Assembly: GCA_004297215.1 (NCBI GenBank)
Contig: SCUM01000001.1
Span: forward strand, 289,181 to 353,180
Source of the DNA: Patescibacteria group bacterium
GTDB lineage: Bacteria; Patescibacteriota; Patescibacteriia; UBA9934; GWF2-40-263
DNA length: 64,000 nt
Direction: 5' to 3'
Position 1 is the first letter of the stretch, and the number at the start of each line of letters is the position of its first letter. Shown piece by piece: positions 27,948-38,399 of this stretch. Under the pieces are notes generated by a model. That model made no database searches. It was given only the letters and a program-made list of their open reading frames with translations, and was not told the origin of the DNA. A program made the position numbers and the translations under genes.

Positions 27948-29339
27948 ATGAAACGACTCGCCGCCGCCGCCTTCGTCCTGTCCGCGTTCCTCCCCGCCCT
28001 GCCGGCCGCAGCCGGCGAGTGCTGGTCCGAGCCCTATCACGAGGCGTCCGGCTCGGCCACGATCCGCTCGGCCGTGTTCATGCACGACGGCCCATGCCAG
28101 GAAAACACCTCGGTGCTCGCCACGGCCCCCACGGGCGCCAGCGTGAACGTGCTCGCGGAGGACCACGAGTGGTACCTCATCCGGCTGGACAACGGGGCAA
28201 CCGGCTGGGTGTGGCACACCTTCCTCAACCTCGGGGCGATTTCCCTGTCCGACTCCGACCGCGCCACCGTGGAATCCAAGTTCCCGCCCACCGGCGCCAC
28301 CGTCTCGGCCCCCGCCCCAACCACCTCAACAACCTCAACCACCTCAACCACCTCGTCCTCCTCCCTGCTCTCCCGCGTCACCGGCCACATCCTCCTGCAG
28401 GTGGAACAGCACGGCGAGGCCTGGTACGTGGACCCGCTCACGAGCGCCCGCTACTACATGAAGGACGGCCCCACGGCATATGAGATGATGCGCACCTTCG
28501 GGCTGGGAGTCACCGAAGGCGACTACGCGAAGATCGCCACCGGAAATGCCGATCTCAAGTCGCGTCTCAAGGGACGCATCGTGCTGCGCGTGCAACTCCA
28601 CGGCGAGGCGTATTACCTCCATCCCGATGGGTCGGTCTATTACCTGAAGGACGGCCCGGCCGCCTACGAGGTGATGCGCGCGCACTCGCTCGGGATCACC
28701 GACGCGGATCTCGCAAAGATCGCGTCGAAGACGCTCATCCTGAAACCCGTTTCCGCCTCAACCTCGACTTCAACCCCCTCAAGCTCCTCTAGCTCCTCAA
28801 GCTCCTTCTCCACGATCCGCATCTCCGACTCCCAGGAAGGGACGATCCCGTCGAACATCGACGTCATCGATCTCAACCGATACTGGATTTCGAAGATCAA
28901 CGCGCTGCGCGCGGAACGCGGGTTGAGACAGCTCGCGCTCGACCAGCGGTTCGTGGACACCGCAAGCGAATGGGCCGGCTACATGGGCGTGAACGACGAT
29001 CTCACGCACGAGCGCCCGGACGGCAAGACCATGCACCAGTGGATCGACGCCAAGGGCCTCGACTTCACGGAGCGTTATTCGCTCCCCGACGGGTGGACCA
29101 GCAACTACTTCACCGAGAACATCTCCTGGGATTTCACGGACGACTCGATGGACGGGGCGCGACAGGCGCTCGACAACACCCTCGCCTTCTATCTCGGAGA
29201 AGCGGCGAGCAACGGCCCGCACTACCGCACCGTCTACCACCCCGATTGGAACGCGGTGGGCGTCGGATTCCATTTCGCGCCCACGGACGACGGGTACAAG
29301 ATGGTGATGGCGTTCCACTACGGGAGCCTGGAACGCTAG
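27948..29339 (+). CDS. Secreted protein: SH3b + two CPR-type repeats + CAP domain
   Basis: Signal peptide; WYLIRLDNGATGWV; LLQVEQHGEAWYV / LRVQLHGEAYY; INALRAERGL..ENI..HYRT..VGVG; Ser/Thr linkers. Confidence 0.8.
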   Translation: MKRLAAAAFVLSAFLPALPAAAGECWSEPYHEASGSATIRSAVFMHDGPCQENTSVLATAPTGASVNVLAEDHEWYLIRLDNGATGWVWHTFLNLGAISLSDSDRATVESKFPPTGATVSAPAPTTSTTSTTSTTSSSSLLSRVTGHILLQVEQHGEAWYVDPLTSARYYMKDGPTAYEMMRTFGLGVTEGDYAKIATGNADLKSRLKGRIVLRVQLHGEAYYLHPDGSVYYLKDGPAAYEVMRAHSLGITDADLAKIASKTLILKPVSASTSTSTPSSSSSSSSSFSTIRISDSQEGTIPSNIDVIDLNRYWISKINALRAERGLRQLALDQRFVDTASEWAGYMGVNDDLTHERPDGKTMHQWIDAKGLDFTERYSLPDGWTSNYFTENISWDFTDDSMDGARQALDNTLAFYLGEAASNGPHYRTVYHPDWNAVGVGFHFAPTDDGYKMVMAFHYGSLER

Positions 29340-29341
29340 GC

Positions 29342-29370
29342 TTGACATGCGGCGGAAATCCGCCTACAGT
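29342..29370 (+). promoter_or_regulatory. sigma70 promoter
   Basis: TTGACA-17-TACAGT. Confidence 0.65.
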
Positions 29371-29429
29371 GCGAGGCCCTTGTCGATCGTGACAGGGGCG
29401 AACGCCAGGACAAGAGACAGGAGCACCAA

Positions 29430-30203
29430 GTGAACAGTACGATCCTCGGCTTCCAGGACCAGCGCAGGACGCGATACCGTTGTACGGACCAACCGCCGCC
29501 TGACTTGAAACAGGTGTGCAAGGCGATCGCCAAGGCCGTGCGCCCCAAGCGGGGCGAACTCCTCTCGATTTCCAAGAGCGAGATCAAGAGCCGGGCGAAA
29601 AGCGCCTCGGGGACGTACGACGAACCCGGACCGCAGGACGACCTGTTCCGATTCCTCGACAACAACCACGTGATCGTCGAGGCGAACGGGAGCAGGACGG
29701 AGTTCTACTACGACGCCGACCAGGCGGAAGCCGTCCTGCGATGCTGCCGGGACGGCCGCCTGCCCCCGACTCCCGCCGGCACCGTCGAGGAACGCATCGC
29801 GCTCTTGCGCGAGCGGGCCATGGACCGGCACGCGAACGCCGATGACTCATGCGAGTCTTCCGCGCTCGAGCCCGAGTACGCCCAGCCTTCCGTGCCGCTC
29901 CCCGCGGCGCCCGCGCCCCCTCCCGCCCCGCGCGAGGTGACGGCCGCCCTCTTCACCGACGCGCAGCTGGACGCCATGGACCCCGAGACGCTCGTGCGCG
30001 CGCTCACCGACGTCGACCGGGCCATGAAGCCGCTCCAAACGCTGTCCGCCGCGATCAAGGCGCGCATCGACGCCGCGCGCCGCGCCTTCGAGGACGAGGC
30101 CCGCCGCGAGGAGGCGCAGGCGAAGGCCAAGGAGGAAGAAGCCGCCCTGCACGCCCGCAAGGCCGCGGCCGCGCGGGAGTGGCTCAAGAAGCACTTGGGA
30201 TGA
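29430..30203 (+). CDS. Hypothetical protein with C-terminal coiled coil
   Basis: AGGAG RBS, GTG start, downstream of a promoter. Confidence 0.65.
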   Translation: MNSTILGFQDQRRTRYRCTDQPPPDLKQVCKAIAKAVRPKRGELLSISKSEIKSRAKSASGTYDEPGPQDDLFRFLDNNHVIVEANGSRTEFYYDADQAEAVLRCCRDGRLPPTPAGTVEERIALLRERAMDRHANADDSCESSALEPEYAQPSVPLPAAPAPPPAPREVTAALFTDAQLDAMDPETLVRALTDVDRAMKPLQTLSAAIKARIDAARRAFEDEARREEAQAKAKEEEAALHARKAAAAREWLKKHLG

Positions 30204-30643
30204 ACGCACACGAGGAGGATCACAACGTGCCAGACAACCTGATAAGCCCGTCGAACATCGTGGAGCACATCGAGGCGCACGCCAACGGACAGTCCGATTC
30301 CTGCGAAGGCGCCCCGGTGCCGGAACGCCGGAAATACGAATTCGAGGTGTTCCCTCCCAGGGACATGATGGAGATGCCCGAGGAGGAGTTCGCCGCCTAC
30401 TTCGTGCGCATGGCGTCCATGGCGGAGATCATCGACGAGATCATCGTCTCGGGCAAAGTGCTGCGCACCAGCCGCCAAAACGAGCTGCAGCGCAAGATTG
30501 CGGAAGCCGAGGAGAAGACGATGAAGGACGCGGAAGAGGCCGAACGCCTGCAGAAGGAGTTCCAGGCAAAGCGCGAGGCCGCCACCCTCAACGCCAAGGG
30601 CGTCGAGGCCTTGCGAGAGAAGCTCGCGAAGCTCAACGGCTGA
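30200..30643 (+). CDS. Hypothetical coiled-coil protein
   Basis: ATGA overlap with the upstream stop; E/K/A-rich helix. Confidence 0.6.
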   Translation: MNAHEEDHNVPDNLISPSNIVEHIEAHANGQSDSCEGAPVPERRKYEFEVFPPRDMMEMPEEEFAAYFVRMASMAEIIDEIIVSGKVLRTSRQNELQRKIAEAEEKTMKDAEEAERLQKEFQAKREAATLNAKGVEALREKLAKLNG

Positions 30644-30777
30644 AGGCGGAACGCCAAACGGACGTCCACGCCACGCCCCGGTCCTCGGGGCGTTTTCTTT
30701 TTCCACAGCCCGACAACCTTGACGCTTCGCGCTCGCGCAGGCATACTTGCGGCTCCCTGCTCTTTTCGGAGGAAACC

Positions 30778-31218
30778 ATGACACGGAAAACGGACCGCTT
30801 CTCCTTGTACCTGGCGCTGTTCGCTACAGACGGCATCGCCACGGGGCTCGCCCTCTCCTATTTGCCCGCGGGCGCGGCGCTCACGCTCGCGATCTTCGCG
30901 GTCCAGGTCGTTCTGCTCGTTCTGCTCGTGCGTGACGTGAAGCAGTCCGACCCCGGAACCTATCCGTCCATGGTCCGGGTCGCGATCGCGGAGGAACCCG
31001 AGCGTACGGATCCGGGCATCCAGGCCCCGGTTTCCGATCTCCCGACCGACCCGGATGCCATGCCGGTGCCGACCCGGGAGCCGGCCGGTCCGGAGCGCGT
31101 CGATGCGCTTACCGCCTTCCTGATGGCGATGGACAAGCCCAAGCCGTCGGCGGAGGAGCTCGACGCCTTCCCGCTCGACCGCGAGTTCCCGACCGATCGG
31201 AACGCCCTCAACGCCTGA
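30778..31218 (+). CDS. Hypothetical membrane protein
   Basis: GGAGG RBS, TTGACG-17-CATACT promoter at 30719, two TM segments then a Pro-rich tail. Confidence 0.65.
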   Translation: MTRKTDRFSLYLALFATDGIATGLALSYLPAGAALTLAIFAVQVVLLVLLVRDVKQSDPGTYPSMVRVAIAEEPERTDPGIQAPVSDLPTDPDAMPVPTREPAGPERVDALTAFLMAMDKPKPSAEELDAFPLDREFPTDRNALNA

Positions 31219-31295
31219 CCGCGACGGACCTCGTCACGGCCCTCACCAAAGCCTGACGCTCGCGTCAGGCTTTTTTCTGACAAAAAAACAGGTGC

Positions 31296-32075
31296 CTAGG
31301 CGGCACCTGTGAGATCCTTTCGCATGCGTTCCCATTCCTCGTCGAGCCAGGCCCTGGCCTGTGCTTCGGCGACCGGCTCGTGGACCCGGACCGTCACCGT
31401 GACCGTGCGGCCAAACAGCGATGCTCCGTCGAGCATGGTGCGCCCCCCTTCCGGCGGCCGGTCCCAGGCGAACGTGACGGACACGACCGGACAGTGCGGC
31501 ATGTTGCGCACGGCGGCCATGAACCCGCCGGCCTTGGGCGGGAGCACCTGCCCAAGCGGCGCGCGCGTCCCTTCCGGGAACAGGGCGAAGGACGCCCCTT
31601 CGCCCGCGGCCGCGGCCGCGGCGGCTTCCACGGCGCGGATGTCGCTCGCATGCCCGCCGCGTCGCACCCAGGCAAAGCCCGACGCGCGGAACATCGGTCC
31701 CCAGCCCCAGGCGCGCTTCATCGCATCCTTCGCGATCCAACGCACGTTGTCGATCCCGAGGCGCTCGAGCAGCCCCGGGAGCACGAGCGGCTCGATGAGA
31801 GAGTGCTGGTGGTTGGAAACCACGATGCACGGCCCGGAGCGCAACGGGACGACCTGCGCGGCGGTCGGGAACCGGTAGGTGACCTTGAGACGCATGAAGG
31901 AACGCAAGACGAGCATGAGCGCGGAACCCCAGAGGGACCGCCAGCGCGACAGGCGCAGGCGCAGGGCCGGACCCGGACGTTCGTCGAAGAGGATGAACGA
32001 CCCATGGGCCACGCTTGCGGCCCACACGAGCGTGCCGACGCACAGGCAAACGAAGAACAGGGCGCGGATCCGCAT
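31296..32075 (-). CDS. PlsC-family (lyso)phospholipid acyltransferase
   Basis: SNHQHSLIE, WIAK, FPEGTR and PKAGG blocks. Confidence 0.8.
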   Translation of the reverse strand: MRIRALFFVCLCVGTLVWAASVAHGSFILFDERPGPALRLRLSRWRSLWGSALMLVLRSFMRLKVTYRFPTAAQVVPLRSGPCIVVSNHQHSLIEPLVLPGLLERLGIDNVRWIAKDAMKRAWGWGPMFRASGFAWVRRGGHASDIRAVEAAAAAAAGEGASFALFPEGTRAPLGQVLPPKAGGFMAAVRNMPHCPVVSVTFAWDRPPEGGRTMLDGASLFGRTVTVTVRVHEPVAEAQARAWLDEEWERMRKDLTGAA

Positions 32076-32121
32076 GGGATCTCCTTCCTGCCGTGAGGCA
32101 TCGGCACGGTAGCACCGACGG

Positions 32122-32247
32122 TTGACAAAATCAACGGATTCCCGTATCTTACCGGCAACGTTACCCGTCTTAAGGCGGGAAGGACTCGACCCTCGGAGTG
32201 CGGAAAGCGCGACTCGATGGATGCCGAGTCGCGTTTATCTTTTTTTT
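32122..32247 (+). promoter_or_regulatory. Promoter plus 5' leader containing a terminator-like hairpin
   Basis: TTGACA-17-TATCTT; GCGCGACTCG...CGAGTCGCGT then a T8 run just before the GAGG RBS. Confidence 0.65.
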
Positions 32248-32254
32248 GAGGACT

Positions 32255-33736
<1,482 letters not shown>

Positions 33737-33740
33737 TGGG

Positions 33741-33886
33741 GAAAACTTGAAGAACCAAAACTTGAAGGACCAGAGGAGACGTGAAAGGTTGAAGAACGAA
33801 AGGACGAAGTTCAAACTTCGTCCTTTCTTCTTTCTTCCTTTCGGGCGACCTTTGGTCCTTCAAGTTTTGGTTCTTCAAGTTTTTTC
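33741..33886. repeat. Long imperfect inverted repeat between convergent genes
   Basis: AAAACTTGAAGAACCAAAACTTGAAGGACCA versus TGGTCCTTCAAGTTTTGGTTCTTCAAGTTTT; related half unit at 55611-55642. Confidence 0.8.
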
Positions 33887-33889
33887 GCT

Positions 33890-36800
33890 TCATGGTTGCC
33901 GCTTGCGTCGGACCGGACCCTTCGCGGTCGGGAGCTCGAACCAGAACAGGCTGCCCTTCCCCTCCGTCGACAAGAACCCGATGCTCCCCCCGTGCTGCTC
34001 CACGAAATACTTGGCGATGGAAAGCCCGAGCCCCGAGGCGTTTGGCAGCATGGAGGAGGCGTTGCTCGCGCGGTAGAACCGGGTGAAGATGCGCGACTGT
34101 TCCGCCTCCGGGATGCCGATGCCCTCGTCCTCGACTTCGAACCGGACGCGGTTCCCGACCGCGGAAAGGCGCACGGCGACGCGTCCGCCTTTCTTGGAGT
34201 ACGCGATCGCGTTCTCCATGAGCTTCCCCGCGGCCTCCCGGATCTTCTCCGGATCCGCCTCCACGGCCTCGGCGGCCTCCTTGGCGGCCTCGTACGAGCA
34301 ATCGATGCCCTTCGCCCGGCAGCGCGGCTTCCATTCGGTAAGCACGCTGGACACGACGCTCGTGAGCGACAGGCGCTCGCGCGCGAAGGTCACGCGCCCC
34401 TCCTCGATGTCGGTGGCCACGAGCAGGTCGCCGATGCGGCGGATCACCTCGACCTCCGCGCCGTGCGTGATCTCCAGGAGCTGCCGCTGCCGCGCATGCA
34501 GCTTCCCCGCGCGTCCCTCCATGAGCGCCTCGAGGTTCCATCGCACCGCGTTGAGCGGCGTGCGCAGCTGGTGGGCGACGATGCGGATGAAGCTGTTCTT
34601 GAGCTCGTTCAACTCGCGGAGCTTCTCCTCGGAACGGAACCGCTCCGTGACGTCGCGGAAGATCCCCAGGTTGCGGTTGCCGCCCAGGTTGATGATGCGC
34701 ACGTCGGCGATCAGCTCGGTGCCGTCCTTGCGCATGACCGAGGCGTCCATGCCGTTGCGCCCCTCGCGGATGAGGGTGAGCAGGAAGGCGAGCTTCTCCT
34801 CCTCGGTAAGCCGGTGGTCCATGAGGTCGCGCAGCGACATCCCGCGCAATTCCTCCTCGTCGTAGCCGAGCATCGAGCGGGCGGCGGGGTTGGCGTCCAC
34901 GATGCGCCCGTTGTCCGCCATCACGAACACCCCGTCGATGGACTGCTCGATGTAGGAGCGGTACCGCTTCTCGCTCTCCGTGAGCCGTTCCTGCGTCTGC
35001 CGCTCTTCCGTGACATCGAACGCCATGCCCCCCACAAGCCGCACGCCCGCGTCGTTTATGATGGGGAACTTCATCACCTGGAAGGTACGGGGCTTGCCGG
35101 CGATCGTCACCTGCTCGACCGCGTTGAACGGCGCTCCGCTCTCCAGCACCTTCCGGTCGCCTTGCAGCGATGTCTCCGCGACCTTCTTCCCCAGGAGCTT
35201 CGCGACCGTGCGTCCCTGGATTTCCTTCCATGGGCGTCCAAGCGTGCGCCGCAGCGCGGCGTTGCCGTACACGTAGCGCCCGGCGGCGTCCGTCATCCAT
35301 GCGGGGGACGGGTGCATGTCCATGAACAGCTGGAACCGTTGCCGCGCGCGGTCGAGCGCGGTCTCGGCGTGCGCGCGCGCCGCCTTGTTGAGGGAGAAGG
35401 CGTACCCGACCGCGATGTCGTCGGCAAGCTCCTCGAACAGCTTCAGGTCCTCCGCGTGGAACGCGGCGGCGGCCTCCGAGGCGAGGATGAACGCCCCGAA
35501 CGGCTTGCCGTCCATCTTGAGCGGGAAGGCGGCGAGCGACGCGGCTCCGGCGAGGACGAGCTCCGGCGGGAATCCGGAGGCCCGGCCTCCCTCATGCGCG
35601 AGCACGCTTACGCCCTCGCGAAGCGCGCGCGCGACCGGATGCGCCGCGGCGGCCTTCCCCGGCGGGAGCAAGACGGAAGAAGCGACGTCGATGCCGGCGG
35701 CGGCGGCCACGCGCGGCGCGCGGCGCGGCGGCGCGACCACGATCCACGCGCCCAGGAACCCGGCGACGTCCACGCCCACGCGGCACGCCTCCTCGAAGAG
35801 GTCCTGCACGTCCTGCATGCGGAACAGCGCGCGGTTCACGCGCGCCGCCATCTCGCGCCGGCGCGCGAGCTGTTGGATGAGCCGGTCGCGCTCCGTCAGC
35901 CCGTTGACATGGCCTTCCATCGCCTTGGCGGTCGCGTTGAACGCCTCGGCGAGCGCGCGCATCTCGTTGTGCGCCTTCGGCACGTCCAGGCGCGCGCGAT
36001 ACTCCCCGCCTCGCAGGCGGGAAAACCCGTCCGCGAGGGCGCGGATGGGGTCGATGAGCAGGCGGCGGAACGCGTAGAGGGAGAGCGCGAGCGCGGCGAG
36101 GCCGAGCGCGGCGAGCAAGAGGAACGCGAAGGAGAACCTCCGATCGATGTCCGCGAGCACCCTCTCTTCGTCTATGCCGACCGAGGCGTACAGCCGCGCG
36201 TCGTGGGTCTCGCCGACCGGGGCGAACTGGAACGTCCTGCGCTTCCCGTCGAGTCCGGTCGCGCGCACCGACCCCCGCTCCCCGCCCAGCATGGCCTGCG
36301 CGAGCGCCGTCGCGGACGCGTCCATGCCCATGTAGCGCTCCGGCTCCGGGTACCGCGTCACGACCGTGCCGCCGCGGTCCACCTCGAGGAACGCCATCCC
36401 GTCGGGCAGCCCGATGTCGGCGGCCAGCTCGTTGAGCCAATCGAGGTCGAGCGCGATGAACACGACCTGCCGCACGTCCCCCGACGCGTCAAGCACCGGG
36501 TAGGCGGCGTTCAGGGCCCGGCGTCCCGTGATGCGACCGACTTGATAGGAGCCGACGGCGAACCGCTTCGTGGCCACGGCCTGCTTGAACCAATCCCGGT
36601 CCGCGGAACTCGTTTTCTCGACAAGCGGGAGCGCGCTGCAGGTGATGATGCCGTCCGCGCCGACCACCCCGATGTTGGCGAAATTCGGGGTCTCGGTCCT
36701 GATACGGGCCAACGCCAGGCCGCAGGCGGCCGGGTCGTCGCCTGTGACCGTGGAATCCTGGGCGAGCGTGAACAGGTTCTGCCGCGTGGAATCCAACAGG

Positions 36801-37003
36801 GCGTCCTGCTGCGCGACGAACGCCGTCAACAGCCGGCGGGACTGCCCGTGCACGGCCTCGATGCGGTGGGAGCGCTCCGATAACCCGATGCCGACCATGA
36901 TGGCCGCGGCCGGGAGGAATACGATAAGCAGCGCCAACACCGCCCGGGCGCGCAGGGATGCGAATCGCAAAAAACGCGAATGGCGGTGCTCCTCCTTTGG
37001 CAT
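33890..37003 (-). CDS. Sensor histidine kinase (dCache-HAMP-GAF-PAS-PAS-HisKA-HATPase)
   Basis: Two TM; DRDWF..GRITG Cache; HAMP NEMRALA..FN; two PAS domains; HQLRTPL; DEGIGI; GLGLSI. Confidence 0.9.
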   Translation of the reverse strand: MPKEEHRHSRFLRFASLRARAVLALLIVFLPAAAIMVGIGLSERSHRIEAVHGQSRRLLTAFVAQQDALLDSTRQNLFTLAQDSTVTGDDPAACGLALARIRTETPNFANIGVVGADGIITCSALPLVEKTSSADRDWFKQAVATKRFAVGSYQVGRITGRRALNAAYPVLDASGDVRQVVFIALDLDWLNELAADIGLPDGMAFLEVDRGGTVVTRYPEPERYMGMDASATALAQAMLGGERGSVRATGLDGKRRTFQFAPVGETHDARLYASVGIDEERVLADIDRRFSFAFLLLAALGLAALALSLYAFRRLLIDPIRALADGFSRLRGGEYRARLDVPKAHNEMRALAEAFNATAKAMEGHVNGLTERDRLIQQLARRREMAARVNRALFRMQDVQDLFEEACRVGVDVAGFLGAWIVVAPPRRAPRVAAAAGIDVASSVLLPPGKAAAAHPVARALREGVSVLAHEGGRASGFPPELVLAGAASLAAFPLKMDGKPFGAFILASEAAAAFHAEDLKLFEELADDIAVGYAFSLNKAARAHAETALDRARQRFQLFMDMHPSPAWMTDAAGRYVYGNAALRRTLGRPWKEIQGRTVAKLLGKKVAETSLQGDRKVLESGAPFNAVEQVTIAGKPRTFQVMKFPIINDAGVRLVGGMAFDVTEERQTQERLTESEKRYRSYIEQSIDGVFVMADNGRIVDANPAARSMLGYDEEELRGMSLRDLMDHRLTEEEKLAFLLTLIREGRNGMDASVMRKDGTELIADVRIINLGGNRNLGIFRDVTERFRSEEKLRELNELKNSFIRIVAHQLRTPLNAVRWNLEALMEGRAGKLHARQRQLLEITHGAEVEVIRRIGDLLVATDIEEGRVTFARERLSLTSVVSSVLTEWKPRCRAKGIDCSYEAAKEAAEAVEADPEKIREAAGKLMENAIAYSKKGGRVAVRLSAVGNRVRFEVEDEGIGIPEAEQSRIFTRFYRASNASSMLPNASGLGLSIAKYFVEQHGGSIGFLSTEGKGSLFWFELPTAKGPVRRKRQP

Positions 37004-37175
37004 GGCTTCAAGTATACCGCATCCCGCGTCCGGGTTCATATCGCGGTGCACACCGCCCGTCGGAAGGAGCGGGCCTACTGCAACCTCCTCCCCTCGGGTA
37101 TACTTGTGGATAACCGACCTGCCTAAGCAGGTCGTCCCAAGGCCGAAGGCCGAAGGATCCTAACCATCGCTTCGT

Positions 37176-37361
37176 ATGTGCGGAGGCTCGTGCGCGTGCG
37201 CCCATCACAAGGTGGGCCCCTTGCTCATCGCCCTGATCGGGCTCCTGTTCCTGCTCAAGACGCTGGGCGTCGTGGGCGCGGCCACCGTGGACCTGGCCTG
37301 GCCGGTGGCGCTCATCGTGATCGGGCTCATGAAGAGCGGGATGTGCAAGTGCTGTAAATGA
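37176..37361 (+). CDS. Small 2-TM protein with Cys/His-rich termini
   Basis: MCGGSCACAHH...LIGLLFLL...WPVALIVIGL...CKCCK. Confidence 0.7.
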   Translation: MCGGSCACAHHKVGPLLIALIGLLFLLKTLGVVGAATVDLAWPVALIVIGLMKSGMCKCCK

Positions 37362-37473
37362 TTTCGGCCCTAGGCCGAAATCATCCTGAAGCCCATCAGG
37401 GCTGAAGGATCCCGTGAATCGTTTGAATCGAAAGACCGGCCACGCGGCCGGTCTTCGTTTTCTCGCCGTAAAT

Positions 37474-37869
37474 TCACGCCTTGATCCGAAACCACTCCGA
37501 AACGGTCTTGGGCCAGCCGTATGCCTGCAACAGCGCGAGCGGGGCTCCCCAGTTGGCAAAACGCTCGACGAAGTCCCACACGGGCTCGCCCACGAGCGGG
37601 CGCACGAGCGCGGTCCAGAACCCCCAGATCGCCGCCCACAGGAGCACCGCGCGCGGGACGCCCCGCCACAAAAGCACGGCGGCGGCGACCGCGATGTCCG
37701 ACCATCCGACGAGGGTGAGCAGCGTCGTCGCCGTCGGGGCATTGACCGAAAGGATCTCCTGGATCCAGCCGATCCACTGCGCCTTCCCCTGGACAGCGAA
37801 GACGCCGTGTCCAAGGAATTCGCCGGCGACGGCGATGCGCAGCACCCACTCGAATGTCTTGTTGTTCAT
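37474..37869 (-). CDS. DoxX-like membrane protein
   Basis: LRIAVAGEFLGHG, four hydrophobic segments, ERFANWGAPLALL. Confidence 0.7.
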   Translation of the reverse strand: MNNKTFEWVLRIAVAGEFLGHGVFAVQGKAQWIGWIQEILSVNAPTATTLLTLVGWSDIAVAAAVLLWRGVPRAVLLWAAIWGFWTALVRPLVGEPVWDFVERFANWGAPLALLQAYGWPKTVSEWFRIKA

Positions 37870-37910
37870 ACCTTCGTATTGATGATGAGTGAAGTCAGGA
37901 CGGCGTGATT

Positions 37911-38390
37911 TCATCCGTCGGGCGGCTTTGACGGGTTTTCCGGCTCGGCGCGGTCAGGAAACGACGGATCTCCGGGAATCATGAGCGAGAGGCAGGCGGC
38001 GTATCCCTTGTCCATCACGAGGATGTGGGTGGAAAGCCACGACCCTGCGTACTCCGCGATTTCCCTGGCGAACCGGCGGCGGTCATGGACCGTCCCGCGG
38101 ATCTGCGCGATGCGGCGCATCACCTCCTCGCGGAACGAGTTGTGGACGGCCACATGCTTCGCGCCATTCCCGCATTCGGGCAGGAGCAGGTGACGCTCCT
38201 CGGTGGCCAGGTGGAAGTAGGCGTAGTTGGCGAGCGCCATCACGTGCTCCTCCAGGATCTCCGGCGTGGCGTCATCCAGGCCGGCCGTGTCGATGAGCCG
38301 GTTGGCGAGGTCGAAGAACCGCCGATGCTGGCCGTCGATCAGGTCGTTTCCCAGAGCGTACTCGTCCTTCCAGGCGAAATGCTGTCCCAT
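37911..38390 (-). CDS. Bacteriohemerythrin
   Basis: W..YALG..IDGQH, HLATEE, HVAVH and WLSTHILVMD ligand motifs. Confidence 0.9.
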   Translation of the reverse strand: MGQHFAWKDEYALGNDLIDGQHRRFFDLANRLIDTAGLDDATPEILEEHVMALANYAYFHLATEERHLLLPECGNGAKHVAVHNSFREEVMRRIAQIRGTVHDRRRFAREIAEYAGSWLSTHILVMDKGYAACLSLMIPGDPSFPDRAEPENPSKPPDG

Positions 38391-38399
38391 ACCGCGTGC

